Shown: positions 15,857-27,135 of the stretch, in pieces
Numbering within the stretch: the stretch's first letter is position 1
Layout of the letters: every line of letters starts with the position of its first letter
Source: Alcaligenaceae bacterium
GTDB taxonomy: Bacteria; Pseudomonadota; Gammaproteobacteria; Burkholderiales; Burkholderiaceae_B
Assembly (NCBI GenBank): GCA_029265795.1
Contig: JAJUGV010000002.1
Coordinates: 26,873 to 90,872, forward strand
Direction: 5' to 3'
Length of the DNA stretch: 64,000 nucleotides
The notes under the pieces: generated by a model
What the model saw: the letters and a program-made list of their open reading frames with translations, nothing else
Databases searched by the model: none
Told to the model about the DNA's origin: nothing
Program-made: the position numbers and the translations under genes

Positions 15857-17134
15857 TCAGCCGCGCAGCTGACCTTCACCCGTCAGCACCCACTTCATTG
15901 TGGTTAGCCCTTCCAGGCCGACCGGGCCGCGAGCGTGCAGACGGTTGGTGGAAATGCCGATTTCTGCACCCAGGCCATACTCGAAGCCATCGGCGAAGCA
16001 GGTCGGCAGGTTTACGTAGACGGAGCTGGAATCGACTTCACGCTGAAAGCGTGTGGCAGCGCCGAGGTCCTCAGTGATGATGGATTCGGTATGCTGGGAG
16101 CTGTATGTCTCGATGTGCTCCATGGCTTCGTCGATGCTGTCGACGATACGTATCGCCAGGATAGGCTCCAGGTATTCGGTACCCCAGTCTTCTTCCGTGG
16201 CCGGTAAAGCGGTAGGCAGGATGGTTCGGGTGCGTTCGCAACCGCGCAACTCCACACCTTTACTGACCAGGGTTGCCGCGATCGGCGGCAGCAGCGTTGC
16301 GGCGACGTCTGCATGCACGAGTAATGTTTCCATAGTGCCGCAGATGCCGTAGCGGTAGGTTTTGGCATTGACCGTGATGTCGTGCGCTTTGGCCGGGTCG
16401 GCCGCCTTATCCAGGTAGACGTGGCAGTTGCCGTCAAGGTGTTTGATAAGTGGCACTTTTGCCTCGCGCGACAGGCGCTCGATCAGGCCTTTGCCCCCAC
16501 GCGGCACGATGACATCAATGTATTCGGTCATGGTGACCATTTCACCGACGGCGGCGCGATCGGTCGTATCTACGACCTGCACAGCGTGCTCGGGCAGGCC
16601 GGCGGCTTTCAGGCCTTCCTGGATAATGGCGCCCAGCGCCTGATTGGAATGGAAGGCTTCGCTGCCACCACGCAGAATGGTGGCATTACCCGACTTCAGG
16701 CACAGGGCGGCGGCGTCGATCGTGACGTTGGGTCGCGATTCATAAATAATGCCGATCACCCCCAGCGGGACGCGCATCTGCGCCACCCGCATGCCGTTGG
16801 GCCGAATGGTAGTGGGGCCGGTGCTGCCGACCGGGTCGGGCATAGCAGCGATCTGGCGCAGACCCTGGGCCATGCCGCTGAGTGTTTTGTCGGTCAATGC
16901 CAGGCGGTCTACCATGGCCTCTGCCAGCCCATTGCGTCGGGCGGCTTCCAGATCCAGGGCGTTCTCACGTTTGAGTGATGCACCACGCTCCTCGAGCAGG
17001 TCGGCCATGGCCAGCAGCGCGCGGGCCTTGGCATGGCCGGCGGCGTTACGCATCAGTCGTGCGGCCGCGCGGGCGCGCTGTCCAAAGGCAAGCATGGCCG
17101 TGTGAGTGTCGGCTTGCTTATCGAGTTGAGTCAT
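15857..17134 (-). CDS. proA: Glutamate-5-semialdehyde dehydrogenase
   Basis: [34 protein letters not shown]. Confidence 0.97.
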   Translation of the reverse strand: MTQLDKQADTHTAMLAFGQRARAAARLMRNAAGHAKARALLAMADLLEERGASLKRENALDLEAARRNGLAEAMVDRLALTDKTLSGMAQGLRQIAAMPDPVGSTGPTTIRPNGMRVAQMRVPLGVIGIIYESRPNVTIDAAALCLKSGNATILRGGSEAFHSNQALGAIIQEGLKAAGLPEHAVQVVDTTDRAAVGEMVTMTEYIDVIVPRGGKGLIERLSREAKVPLIKHLDGNCHVYLDKAADPAKAHDITVNAKTYRYGICGTMETLLVHADVAATLLPPIAATLVSKGVELRGCERTRTILPTALPATEEDWGTEYLEPILAIRIVDSIDEAMEHIETYSSQHTESIITEDLGAATRFQREVDSSSVYVNLPTCFADGFEYGLGAEIGISTNRLHARGPVGLEGLTTMKWVLTGEGQLRG

Positions 17135-18183
17135 GTCGTTCTTTCCAGAGTAATGCGTAGTAAGAGCCTGGCCAGTTCTTCCCAAGGGTCGTCCAACAGG
17201 CCGGGTACCTTCAGGCCTTTGACGAGCCGGTCGATGTCGTGAACGTGCTGTGCCGCAGCTCGCCAGGCACGATGCGGCAGTCGGGTCAGTGTGCGGCGCA
17301 GCCCTTGTTCGCGGGGGCCGAACACCCGGTGGCGACGCATTTCAGAAGCAAGGTCCCCGCCGCTAGCCTGTAGATCGGCTAAGCGCGACAAGAGGCGGAT
17401 TTCTTCGCCCACCGCCCATAGCACCAGAGGCAGTGCCTCGCCTTCGCCACGCAGGCCGTGCAAGATGCTCAGCGCTCGTGTGGCGTTGCCGGCAAGCATC
17501 GCGTCACGCAGGTCGAATACATCATAGCGCGCCACGTCCAGCACGGCACGGCGGACATCTTCGCCCGAAATTTTCCCGGCGGGGTGAAGCAAGCCCAGCT
17601 TTTGGATTTCCTGGAAGGCAGCGAGTAGATTGCCTTCCACCTTGTCGGCCATCCAGTTCAGCGTGTCGGCGTCGAGCTCCTGCCCTTGCCGGGCCATCCG
17701 TTGGCCTATCCAGCGCGGAAGGCTTTTGCGATCGATGCTGGGCACTTCCACCAGTGTACCGGCCTCGAAAAGCGCTCCGGCCCACTTTGAAGAGCGAGTG
17801 GCTCTGTCGAGTCGGGGCAGACTCAGCGCGACCAACACGTCGCTCAGTTCGCCGTCACGGACTTTTCGGGCTAAGGCTTCCAGTGTTTCGCCGCCTGTAC
17901 GCCCGGGTTTGCCGGAAGGCAAGGCAATATCGAGCAGCTTGCGGTCGCCAAAGAGCGATACGTTCTGCGTAGCGCCCATAACGGCCGACCAATCACTGCG
18001 CGCATCCATTACGAGCCGGATTCGTTCTGTATAGCCCTGAGCCACTGCGGCACTGCGCAGCGCATCCAACGCCTCGATGACAAGCAGGCTTTCGTCACCG
18101 CTGACGATGTAAAGCGGTGATAAGGGTGCAGTGGACTGCTGCAACTGCCGCAGCAGGCCGTCGTGGTCAAGGCGGCGTGCCAT
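17131..18183 (-). CDS. holA: DNA polymerase III subunit delta
   Basis: [31 protein letters not shown]; leuS-lptE-holA order. Confidence 0.95.
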   Translation of the reverse strand: MARRLDHDGLLRQLQQSTAPLSPLYIVSGDESLLVIEALDALRSAAVAQGYTERIRLVMDARSDWSAVMGATQNVSLFGDRKLLDIALPSGKPGRTGGETLEALARKVRDGELSDVLVALSLPRLDRATRSSKWAGALFEAGTLVEVPSIDRKSLPRWIGQRMARQGQELDADTLNWMADKVEGNLLAAFQEIQKLGLLHPAGKISGEDVRRAVLDVARYDVFDLRDAMLAGNATRALSILHGLRGEGEALPLVLWAVGEEIRLLSRLADLQASGGDLASEMRRHRVFGPREQGLRRTLTRLPHRAWRAAAQHVHDIDRLVKGLKVPGLLDDPWEELARLLLRITLERTT

Positions 18184-18195
18184 GGTACTTTGCCC

Positions 18196-18867
18196 TCAAT
18201 GCAGAGGGCCGGCAGGGTTCAGACTGGGCGCCCCCCAAAGATTCTGGCCGCTCGGGGCGGGGTCTGTTGATACCGGGCTCAAATCGGCCGGTGTGTCTGC
18301 TGTCGGCTGACGTTCAGCGTTGGCAAAGGCGGCGCTGACATCGGGCGCACTCAGCAGGCGCAGCACACGGTCGACCATCGATTGCTGCATTTGTTGGAAC
18401 ACGTCTGTGATTTCGCTCTGCTTAGCCTGAACCATGGTGTCGTCGTACGGCAGTTCACGGGTGGCCCGTAACGTGGTTGGGGGCAAGATGACATGGCCCC
18501 CGGCGTCGAGCAGCTGGAACACGAACTCAAGGGTGAGTTCGTATTCTTCCACGCGCCCATCGGCGTCAATGGACAGTTCGCGCAGACGTTGATTGTTTGC
18601 CACCTGAAGCAGACGAGCCTGCGCTTCGGCCGGGTCGGCGACAAAGCGGGTGTTCGGCGACGCCGCCCTGATGGCTCGGCGCATGGATGCTCCAAACGCG
18701 GAGTTTTCCGCGATATTGGTATAGAGCGTGTCGAAAGGTAGTGGCGTGACCCCTTTCAGCCTGAATCCGCATGCCGCAAGCACAACGCAGCTGCCCAGCA
18801 GCGTGAGCAGAATCATACGGCGCAGCGAGCGGCTGAGCTCCAGGCCAAGAAAAGGGGTATGAGCCAT
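18196..18867 (-). CDS. lptE: LPS assembly lipoprotein LptE
   Basis: Lipobox LAAC followed by GFRLKG; synteny. Confidence 0.92.
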   Translation of the reverse strand: MAHTPFLGLELSRSLRRMILLTLLGSCVVLAACGFRLKGVTPLPFDTLYTNIAENSAFGASMRRAIRAASPNTRFVADPAEAQARLLQVANNQRLRELSIDADGRVEEYELTLEFVFQLLDAGGHVILPPTTLRATRELPYDDTMVQAKQSEITDVFQQMQQSMVDRVLRLLSAPDVSAAFANAERQPTADTPADLSPVSTDPAPSGQNLWGAPSLNPAGPLH

Positions 18868-18873
18868 GATTTC

Positions 18874-21531
18874 CTATCCGACGACGTTCACGAGTTTACC
18901 CGGCACCACAATGACGCGCTTGGCCGGGCGGCCTTCCAGGAAGCGGGTGACCGCTTCGTGAGCCAGAGCTGCTGCTTCGATATCGAGCTTTTGCGCCCCG
19001 TTGGGCACTGTCAGCGAACCGCGAAGCTTGCCATTGACTTGCAGCACCAATTCAATTTCGTCAGCCACCAGGGCGGCCTCATCCACCGCCGGCCAGGCTG
19101 CATCAAGCAGATCACCGTGCTGTTCGGCGTAACCCAGGTCGCGCCACAGCTGCCAGGTCAGGTGCGGTACTACAGGGTAGAGAACACGCAGCAAAATGGA
19201 GGTGGTATCGGCAAGAGCACGAGCAGCTACGTCGGTGTCAGGCAGTTTCGCGGCTTCCAGCACATTCAGCATTTTCATGCACGTGGACACTACGGTGTTG
19301 TAGTGGATGCGCTGGTAGTCGTAATCCGCCTGTTTGAGCAGCGTGTGGATTTCGCGGCGCAAGGTACGTGAGGCGTCGTCGATGCCTTCCCAATTGCTCT
19401 CGCTGTGGGACAGCCCCCGACGTATGGTTTCGGCACGGGACTGCCCGAATGCCCACATACGACGCAGGAAGCGGTGCGCCCCGTCAACACCGGAATCCGA
19501 CCATTCCAGGGTCTGTTCCGGAGGGCTGGCAAACATGACAAACAGCCGTGCTGTATCGGCGCCCAGGGTGTCGATCAGCGACTGGGGGTCCACGCCGTTG
19601 TTCTTCGACTTGGACATCGTGCCGATGCCGCCGTATTCAATCGGCGAGCCGTCGGACTTCAGGCGGGCACCGCTGATGGCGCCCTTTGCGTCGTAGACGT
19701 TTTCGACGTCTTCCGGCCAGAAATATTCAATGCCGCCCTGCGGAGTCTTGCGATAGTAAATATGGTTCAGCACCATCCCTTGGCAGAGCAGGCGGGTGAA
19801 AGGCTCGTCGAACTTCACCAGACCCAGGTCGCGCATGACGCGCGTCCAGAAGCGCGCATACAACAAATGCATCACGGCGTGTTCGATACCGCCGATGTAC
19901 TGGTCCATGGGCATCCAGTAATCATTGCGCTCATCGACCATGGCCTGATCGTTGTCGGGCGAGGTGTAACGCATGAAATACCAGGACGAATCCACGAAGG
20001 TGTCCATGGTGTCCGTTTCCCGTCGGGCAGCTTGGCCGCACTTCGGGCAGGAGCAGGAAAGGAAATCCTCATCTTTGGCAAGCGGATTGCCGCTGCCATC
20101 GGGAATATGATGCTCAGGCAGGATGACGGGAAGATCGGATTCCGGAACGGGCACCGGGCCACAGTCCGGGCAGTGAATGATGGGGATGGGGGTGCCCCAG
20201 TAACGCTGGCGGGAAATTCCCCAGTCGCGCAGGCGCCAGGTTGTTTGTTTCTCGCCCAGGCCCATTTCGACGAGGTCGTTCGCCACGGCATCAATCGCGT
20301 CGGCGGTGGACAAGCCGTTGTACTTGCCTGAATTAACGGTCTTGCCTGACTGTTTGTCGGCATACCATTCTTGCCAGGCTTCGGTCGAGTAGTCTTTGCC
20401 TTCAATGCCAATGACTTGTTTGATGGGAAGGCCGTACTTAAGTGCGAACTCGAAGTCGCGTTCGTCATGGCCGGGTACGCCCATGACTGCACCGTCGCCA
20501 TAGCTCATCAAGACGTAGTTACCCACCCAGATTTCGACGGGTTCGCCGGTGAGCGGATGCGTGACGCTCAGCCCGGTACGCATGCCTTCTTTTTCGCGAG
20601 TTGCGACTTCGGCTTCCGTCGTACCACCCAGCTTGCACTGTTCTATAAAAGCAGCGAGCTCCGGGTTGCTTTGCGCAGCGTGAACAGCCAGCGGGTGTTC
20701 CGGCGCGACGGCACAGAAGGTGACCCCCATGATGGTGTCAGCGCGTGTGGTGAACACATACATGCGACCGTCCTGGATGAGCTCACCCTTGTTGTCGCGG
20801 ATGTCGTGAGTGAAAGCAAAACGCACGCCTTCGCTCTTACCGATCCAGTTTTCCTGCATCAGGCGCACACGTTCGGGCCAGCCGTCCAGGCCATTTTGCA
20901 CATGCTCCAGCAGCTCTTCGGCGTAATCGGTGATGCGCAGGTAGTAGCCGGGGATCTCGCGCTTTTCCACCAGAGCACCGGAGCGCCAGCCGCGCCCGTC
21001 GATGACCTGTTCATTCGCCAACACAGTCTGGTCGACCGGGTCCCAGTTGACCACTTGGGTTTTCCGATAGGCGATGCCCTTCTCAAGCATCTTGAGAAAC
21101 AGCCACTGGTTCCACTTGTAATACTTGGGATCGCAGGCACACATTTCGCGTGACCAATCGATGGCCAGCCCCATGGCCTGCATCTGCTCTTTCATGTGAG
21201 CGATGTTGTCGTACGTCCACTTAGCCGGAGGCACACCCGATTTCAGTGCCGCGTTTTCGGCCGGCATGCCGAAGGCGTCCCAACCCATGGGCATAAGGAC
21301 GTTGTAGCCGCGCATGCGCAGCTGGCGCGTCATCATGTCATTGATGGTGTAGTTGCGCACGTGTCCCATGTGCAGTTTGCCGCTGGGGTAGGGCAGCATG
21401 GAACAGGCGTAGAACTTAGGCTTGGGTGAACCGTCAGCGTTGACGGCATTTTCGGTGACGCGATAGACGTCGCGGGCGGCCCAGTCTGCCTGGGCGGCGG
21501 CTTCGACCTCGGTGGGACGGTATTCCAACAT
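18874..21531 (-). CDS. leuS: Leucine--tRNA ligase
   Basis: [11 protein letters not shown] (HIGH) and TMSKS (KMSKS) motifs. Confidence 0.99.
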   Translation of the reverse strand: MLEYRPTEVEAAAQADWAARDVYRVTENAVNADGSPKPKFYACSMLPYPSGKLHMGHVRNYTINDMMTRQLRMRGYNVLMPMGWDAFGMPAENAALKSGVPPAKWTYDNIAHMKEQMQAMGLAIDWSREMCACDPKYYKWNQWLFLKMLEKGIAYRKTQVVNWDPVDQTVLANEQVIDGRGWRSGALVEKREIPGYYLRITDYAEELLEHVQNGLDGWPERVRLMQENWIGKSEGVRFAFTHDIRDNKGELIQDGRMYVFTTRADTIMGVTFCAVAPEHPLAVHAAQSNPELAAFIEQCKLGGTTEAEVATREKEGMRTGLSVTHPLTGEPVEIWVGNYVLMSYGDGAVMGVPGHDERDFEFALKYGLPIKQVIGIEGKDYSTEAWQEWYADKQSGKTVNSGKYNGLSTADAIDAVANDLVEMGLGEKQTTWRLRDWGISRQRYWGTPIPIIHCPDCGPVPVPESDLPVILPEHHIPDGSGNPLAKDEDFLSCSCPKCGQAARRETDTMDTFVDSSWYFMRYTSPDNDQAMVDERNDYWMPMDQYIGGIEHAVMHLLYARFWTRVMRDLGLVKFDEPFTRLLCQGMVLNHIYYRKTPQGGIEYFWPEDVENVYDAKGAISGARLKSDGSPIEYGGIGTMSKSKNNGVDPQSLIDTLGADTARLFVMFASPPEQTLEWSDSGVDGAHRFLRRMWAFGQSRAETIRRGLSHSESNWEGIDDASRTLRREIHTLLKQADYDYQRIHYNTVVSTCMKMLNVLEAAKLPDTDVAARALADTTSILLRVLYPVVPHLTWQLWRDLGYAEQHGDLLDAAWPAVDEAALVADEIELVLQVNGKLRGSLTVPNGAQKLDIEAAALAHEAVTRFLEGRPAKRVIVVPGKLVNVVG

Positions 21532-21611
21532 GAGCGTGCGTATCAGTAGGTTGCGCAAACCTGCCATTATAAATCGGGCGGCGGTTGACGCTGTGTAAGA
21601 GATGAAGGCAT

Positions 21612-21638
21612 AAAAAACCCCGCCTCGTGGGGCGGGGT
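21612..21638 (-). terminator. Terminator after rpmB-rpmG
   Basis: ACCCCGCC/GGCGGGGT stem with an A-tract (U-tract on minus strand). Confidence 0.8.
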
Positions 21639-21717
21639 AGGGAAACTTTGGTCTGCTGCGAGGCAGGCGACTGGCCGGGGCGTTCCGCCAGGCGTTGCCG
21701 TTGCGCGACCGCGCTGA

Positions 21718-21885
21718 TTATTTCAGCTTGGTTTCCTTGTACTCAACATGCTTGCGAGCGACGGGATCAAATTTCTTGATCAGCATCTTCTCGGGCATGT
21801 TGCGTTTGTTTTTGGTGGTGGTGTAGAAATGACCGGTGCCGGCTGTGGATTCCAGCTTGATCTTTTCGCGCACGCCTTTTGCCAT
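21718..21885 (-). CDS. rpmG: 50S ribosomal protein L33 (55 aa, absent from the ORF track)
   Basis: Manual translation [55 protein letters not shown]. Confidence 0.98.
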   Translation of the reverse strand: MAKGVREKIKLESTAGTGHFYTTTKNKRNMPEKMLIKKFDPVARKHVEYKETKLK

Positions 21886-21913
21886 GATGTGCTCCTATAT
21901 TCTAGCGAATGGC

Positions 21914-22150
21914 TTAGGCCACTTCGCCACGGGCACGCATATCGGCCAACACGGCGTCGATGCCTACCTTGTCGATCGTACGCAGCGCTTTAGCGGAGAC
22001 ACGCAGGCGAACCCAGCGATTTTCACTCTCGACCCAGAAGCGGCGCGATTGCAAATTAGGAAGGAAACGACGCTTAGTCTTGTTGTTTGCGTGCGAGACA
22101 TGGTTGCCCACCATCGGGCCCTTGCCGGTAACTTGGCATACGCGTGCCAT
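21914..22150 (-). CDS. rpmB: 50S ribosomal protein L28
   Basis: [10 protein letters not shown]...[15 protein letters not shown]. Confidence 0.99.
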   Translation of the reverse strand: MARVCQVTGKGPMVGNHVSHANNKTKRRFLPNLQSRRFWVESENRWVRLRVSAKALRTIDKVGIDAVLADMRARGEVA

Positions 22151-22388
22151 GGTTCACCCCTTGTTGAAATCTGTGTAAAGAAAGCGATTCTACTACGAAT
22201 TCAAACAAGCGAGCAAGGCGCCCACCGGCCGCAACGGCAATGGGTGCGGCATAGAAGCAACCTGAAACGTTTGCCGAGTCGGCGGCGAGTTCTGACGTTA
22301 TCATAGCTTTCGCTTTCTCCCCACACACGTGGAGTTGGGCCCCTGTTTAAGCACTATCCTTCCAAACACTGTCCTTCAGGAGGTTGTC

Positions 22389-23672
22389 TTGAGTTCGATC
22401 TTGTCTGCAGTGGAAAGCAAGTTGGCATCTCTACCTTTACCGGTAAAACTGACGTTGCCGGATGGTAACTCGGTCGGGGCCAGCGACCCGGCGATTCACT
22501 TGACCATACGTGAAGCCAGCACGTTGGGGCATTTAGCCGCGGGCCAGGTGGGCACACTGGGCGAGGACTACGTTGAAGGCAAGTTCGAGGTGGAAGGCTC
22601 AATGCGCGACTTGATGCGGGTTGCAGCAGAGATTCTGCCGCAGTCCCCCATTGATGCGGCGCGCGCGGGCATGTTTACTAAGCTGATACGTCGCGTGATG
22701 TCAGTGTGGCGGCACACCTTGGAGCGCGATGCCAAGCAGATCCAGTTCCACTACGACTTATCGGATGATTTCTACGCTCTGTGGCTGGATCCGCGTCGTG
22801 TTTATTCCTGCGCCTATTACCGGGAAGACGATATGACGCTGGCGCAAGCCCAGGAGGCAAAGCTCGATCATATCTGCCGCAAGCTGCGCCTAAAACCGGG
22901 CGAACGCTTCCTGGACATCGGCGCCGGGTGGGGAGGCCTGCTGCTGTGGGCAGCCGAAAATTATGGTGTTGAGGCTACCGGCATTACGCTTTCACGTAAT
23001 CAGCATGCGTATGTAAACCGCCTGATCGAAGAAAAAGGGCTGGCAGGGCGGGTGCGTATGGAGCTGCTCGACTATCGCAAATTGGATGAAAGCCGGCCCT
23101 ACGACAAAATTGCTTCGGTGGGCATGTTTGAGCACGTGGGTCGCGCACAGCTGGTGGATTATTTCTCCAAGTTGCGCCGGCTGCTACGGCCAGGCGGGCT
23201 CGTCATGAATCATGGCATCACTGCCGGAGGTGTAGACAACACCCAGCTGGGCGCAGGCATGGGCGAGTTCATCGACAAATACATATTCCCGGGGGGTGAA
23301 CTGACTCATATTAGTAATGTGCTTCATACGATGACCGAGGGCGGAATCGAAGCACTGGATATAGAAAACCTGCGCCCCCATTACGCGCGCACGCTCTGGG
23401 CATGGAGCGACAGTCTTGAGGCTCAGTTGCAGGCGGCCCGTGCCACATTGACGGGTGAAAACGGCGAACGCTCCCTGCGTGCCTATCGCATGTACCTGGC
23501 CGGTTGCGCCATGGGCTTTGAGCATGGCTGGATCGCTCTGCACCAAGTTTTAGGTCAGCACCGTGAAGGCTGGAAAGCCGATGAACTCTCCAGCAAGAGC
23601 GAGCAAGGCTACCCGTGGCGACGCGACTACATCTATGCGTCGGAAGATGCTTCTAGGGCGAAAGATTTGTGA
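22389..23672 (+). CDS. cfa: Cyclopropane-fatty-acyl-phospholipid synthase family methyltransferase
   Basis: HYDLSDDFY, YSCAY, LDIGAGWG, YIFPGG; probable TTG start after GGAGG. Confidence 0.85.
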   Translation: MSSILSAVESKLASLPLPVKLTLPDGNSVGASDPAIHLTIREASTLGHLAAGQVGTLGEDYVEGKFEVEGSMRDLMRVAAEILPQSPIDAARAGMFTKLIRRVMSVWRHTLERDAKQIQFHYDLSDDFYALWLDPRRVYSCAYYREDDMTLAQAQEAKLDHICRKLRLKPGERFLDIGAGWGGLLLWAAENYGVEATGITLSRNQHAYVNRLIEEKGLAGRVRMELLDYRKLDESRPYDKIASVGMFEHVGRAQLVDYFSKLRRLLRPGGLVMNHGITAGGVDNTQLGAGMGEFIDKYIFPGGELTHISNVLHTMTEGGIEALDIENLRPHYARTLWAWSDSLEAQLQAARATLTGENGERSLRAYRMYLAGCAMGFEHGWIALHQVLGQHREGWKADELSSKSEQGYPWRRDYIYASEDASRAKDL

Positions 23673-23920
23673 CGTTGCGATTTCGCTTCTGATCATTGCG
23701 GGTCGCATCTTTATGCTACTTCACGTAAAATGCGACCATTTTCAAGCCTGGGGCCGGCCTTTGGTTGGCAACCTGTCAATCAGCAGGCGGGCGGTGCGTC
23801 CCCAACGCGCCACCCGACCGTCTTTCGATGGCGTTTTCACGGTCGCATACCGCCTTTCATAGCCCCCCTTGAAATGGGGCAGCCTCGGGCTGCATCCCTG
23901 CAATTTTACGGAGGCGAAGT

Positions 23921-24985
23921 ATGTCGATCAGTGCAGAATCCCTGCATATCCAATCTAAGAATAATGGCCCTCTGGCGCGTAAATCCCGTGCATTCGCATT
24001 GGGTTGTGCGCTTGCACTGGGCAGCCTGGGCATGATGCCCGCTGCCGCCAACGCCGCCGAGGCCGCGCAATGTGAACTGGATCGCCCGATTCGTTTCGCC
24101 GGCATGAACTGGGAAACCAACCTGTTTCTGGTCGAGGTCGAGCGCTATATCGCCGAGAAAGGTTACGGCTGCAAGTCAGAGGTCGTGCCGGTCGAAACGT
24201 TGCCCGCATTGGCTGCACTGACTCGTGGCGACGTAGACATCAATACAGAAGTGTGGCTGAACAGTGTGGCAGAGCCTTGGGAAAAGGCGGAAGCCACCGG
24301 GAATGTGAAGCGCATCGGCGAGCTATACATGGGCGGCGAAGCCTGGTTTATTCCGCGCTATACCGCGGAGCGGCTGCCCGAGCTGAAGGCAGCATCCGAT
24401 CTACCCAAGTTCAAAGATGAGTTCACCGATCCTGAAGAGCCTTCCAAGGGCCGCTTCTATGGCTGTCCGGCCGGCTGGGGTTGCGAAGTCGTGAGCACGA
24501 ACCTGCATGAAGCATTGGGCCTGGGAGACAGCTTTACCTATTTTTCGCCCGGCACAGGCGCGACTCAGAAGGCCGCTCTGACCGCTGCCTACCAGCGCAA
24601 GGAAAATATTGTCTTCTACTACTGGTTCCCCACACCATTGGTGGGCTCTATGGATCTCGTCCAACTCGAGTTGCCTGAGTACGACAAGGAACGCCATGCC
24701 TGCCTGACAGACGTGAACTGCGCGAACCCTGAACCTTCCGCCTACCCAGAGAACCCGGTCTTCACGGCCGTACATACCGGCTTTTCCGAGCAGGCACCGA
24801 AGTACACCGAGTTCTTGTCCAAGATCAGTGTGCCGCTTGACCTCATGAACGCAGTCATGGCGCATATGGACGAAAACGAGCTGGAGCCCGATGAGGTCGC
24901 TGAATGGTTCCTCAAGAACCACCAGGACGTCTGGACTCAGTGGCTGCCTGAAGCCACCGCTCAGCGGGTGAAAGCGTCGCTATAA
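23921..24985 (+). CDS. Betaine/proline/histidine-type ABC transporter substrate-binding protein (ProX-like)
   Basis: Signal peptide; GCPAGWGC; FYYWFPT; adjacent permease and ATPase. Confidence 0.85.
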   Translation: MSISAESLHIQSKNNGPLARKSRAFALGCALALGSLGMMPAAANAAEAAQCELDRPIRFAGMNWETNLFLVEVERYIAEKGYGCKSEVVPVETLPALAALTRGDVDINTEVWLNSVAEPWEKAEATGNVKRIGELYMGGEAWFIPRYTAERLPELKAASDLPKFKDEFTDPEEPSKGRFYGCPAGWGCEVVSTNLHEALGLGDSFTYFSPGTGATQKAALTAAYQRKENIVFYYWFPTPLVGSMDLVQLELPEYDKERHACLTDVNCANPEPSAYPENPVFTAVHTGFSEQAPKYTEFLSKISVPLDLMNAVMAHMDENELEPDEVAEWFLKNHQDVWTQWLPEATAQRVKASL

Positions 24986-25040
24986 GCTGGCCGCCGCCAC
25001 TGTGCGATTCATTACCAGCCACTGATCAGCAAAAGGATAT

Positions 25041-25895
25041 ATGTTTCCAGAACTCATACCGCCCAGAGCCTTACGAGCGCCTATCGATACCTTTGTGGGC
25101 AACATCGTCAACGATTACGCAGGTCTGCTACGTGCCCTCAGCCAGCCTTTGCTGGATCTGCTGGTGTGGATGGATGCGCTGCTGCGTAATTCGCCCTGGT
25201 GGCTGGTGATTCTGGTTGTCGCGGCATTGGCCTGGCTGGCCGGCCGCCGCTTCTCTTTGTCGCTGGCCGTGGCCGGTCTGATGTTCATGCTGGGCGTGCT
25301 CGGCTTATGGGATGCGTCGATGCAGACGCTTTCCATCATGGTGGTTGCGGTCATTCTGTCGGTGGCCATTGGGGTGCCGATCGGTATCCTCATGGCCAGC
25401 TTCAAATGGCTGCGCAACATCATGTTGCCCATACTCGACGTCATGCAGACGATGCCCAGCTTCGTGTATCTGATCCCGGTGGTCATGCTGTTCAACCTTG
25501 GCAAGGTGGCCGCCATCATCGCTACCGTGGTCTATGCCGTACCGCCTGTCATCCGTCTCACCGACCTGGGTATCCGGCTGGTGGACCCCGAAGTCCTAGA
25601 GGCCTCGCGCGCATTTGGCGCCAACCGGGTCAAGCAACTGTTTGGGGTTCAGCTGCCGCTGGCTCTGCCGAACATCATGGCGGGCATCAACCAGACCACC
25701 ATGATGGCGCTCGCCATGGTGGTCATTGCGTCAATGATCGGCGTGCGTGGCCTGGGCTACGAGGTGCTGCAAGGCATCAACCGCCTGCAGGTGGGGCGCG
25801 GGTTGCTGGCGGGCGTCGGGATCGTCATCCTGGCCATCGTCTTTGACCGCATCACGCAGGCATTGGGCCGTCGCTACCAGCACAAGGAGGCCTAA
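25041..25895 (+). CDS. ABC transporter permease (ProW-like)
   Basis: LDVMQTMPSFVYLIP, EAA loop, QLPLALPNIMAGINQT. Confidence 0.9.
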   Translation: MFPELIPPRALRAPIDTFVGNIVNDYAGLLRALSQPLLDLLVWMDALLRNSPWWLVILVVAALAWLAGRRFSLSLAVAGLMFMLGVLGLWDASMQTLSIMVVAVILSVAIGVPIGILMASFKWLRNIMLPILDVMQTMPSFVYLIPVVMLFNLGKVAAIIATVVYAVPPVIRLTDLGIRLVDPEVLEASRAFGANRVKQLFGVQLPLALPNIMAGINQTTMMALAMVVIASMIGVRGLGYEVLQGINRLQVGRGLLAGVGIVILAIVFDRITQALGRRYQHKEA

Positions 25896-25896
25896 G

Positions 25897-27135
25897 ATGG
25901 CCAAGATTGAAGTCGAGAATATCTACAAAATCTTCGGGCCCCGGCCACAACGCTGGCTGCAAGCCGCGCGCGAAGGCATCAGCCGGGAAGACCTGCTGGC
26001 CAGTAGCGGGCACACGCTGGGGCTGCGCGATATTTCGCTCTCTATTGAAGAAGGCAGCATCCATGTGATCATGGGCCTGTCGGGTTCCGGCAAATCTACG
26101 CTTATCCGGCATTTCAATCGCTTGATAGAGCCCACTGCCGGTCGCATCCGGGTGGACGATGTCGATGTCATGTCGCTAGGTGTGCGCGAGCTGGAGCGCT
26201 TCCGGCAGCAGAAGATGAGCATGGTCTTCCAGCGCTTCGGCCTATTTCCGCACCGTTGTGTACTGGATAACGTGGCTTACGGGCTGCAGATACAGGGCGT
26301 GGAGCGTAAAGAGCGCGAACGTCGTGCTATGCACTGGGTCGAGCAAGTCGGTTTAAGCGGATACGAAAAACAGTTCCCGCATCAATTGTCCGGAGGCATG
26401 CAACAGCGGGTGGGTCTGGCACGCGCACTTGCTACCGACGCAGAAATTCTGCTCATGGACGAAGCCTTCTCGGCCCTGGACCCTCTGATCCGGCGCGAAA
26501 TGCAGGATCAGCTTTTGCAGCTGCAGTCGCGCCTGAATAAGACGATAGTTTTCATTACCCATGACCTGGACGAAGCGCTACGCCTGGGCAACCGCATTGC
26601 CATTCTGAAAGCCGGCGAACTGGTGCAGGAAGGCACCCCGGAAGACATTCTGCTCGCTCCGGCCGATGACTACGTTCAGGCTTTCCTGCAAGACGTGAAC
26701 CGTAGCAAAGTGCTCAACGCGGCCCACGCCTGTAATGCGGCCACACTGTCTCTTACTACGCGTTCACAACCGGCACATGCTGTCGAGCTGATGGCCCGCA
26801 AGAACCTGCGATTCACTCCGGTTCTCGATGGCAAGCGCCTCTTTGGGGTGATCACGCGACAGGCTGCAGAGCGTGCGCTGCGCGAAGGTGCTCGCGACAT
26901 CTCGCAGCATGTTGAGTCGATGGCCACCGTGCCGGCCAATGCGGGTCTGGATGAAGTGCTGGGCCGCATGTTAAGCAGCACCGAGCCGCTGGCGGTTACC
27001 GACGAAAATAATGAGTTTGTCGGGGTGCTGTCACGTAGCAAGGTGGTGGAGTTGATACGGCCCGCCTTATCCGCCGAAGCCGATTCAGACGAGCCAGGCG
27101 ATTCATCGGGCACAACTCAACGCAGCGCAGCCTGA
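25897..27135 (+). CDS. ABC transporter ATPase with CBS domains (ProV-like)
   Basis: GLSGSGKST, LSGGMQQRVGLARAL, DEAFSALDPLIR. Confidence 0.92.
   Translation: MAKIEVENIYKIFGPRPQRWLQAAREGISREDLLASSGHTLGLRDISLSIEEGSIHVIMGLSGSGKSTLIRHFNRLIEPTAGRIRVDDVDVMSLGVRELERFRQQKMSMVFQRFGLFPHRCVLDNVAYGLQIQGVERKERERRAMHWVEQVGLSGYEKQFPHQLSGGMQQRVGLARALATDAEILLMDEAFSALDPLIRREMQDQLLQLQSRLNKTIVFITHDLDEALRLGNRIAILKAGELVQEGTPEDILLAPADDYVQAFLQDVNRSKVLNAAHACNAATLSLTTRSQPAHAVELMARKNLRFTPVLDGKRLFGVITRQAAERALREGARDISQHVESMATVPANAGLDEVLGRMLSSTEPLAVTDENNEFVGVLSRSKVVELIRPALSAEADSDEPGDSSGTTQRSAA

Noticed and set aside
19405-21153. 308-aa and 260-aa plus-strand ORFs
   Set aside because: Antisense shadows of leuS
23673-23920. 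Structured leader before the ProX-like gene as a riboswitch
   Set aside because: Only short GC-rich hairpins (e.g. GCAGCC-TCG-GGCTGC); no recognisable aptamer
27117-27135. Convergent overlap of ProV-like and MATE genes
   Set aside because: Short tail-to-tail overlaps (19 bp) are common and uninformative
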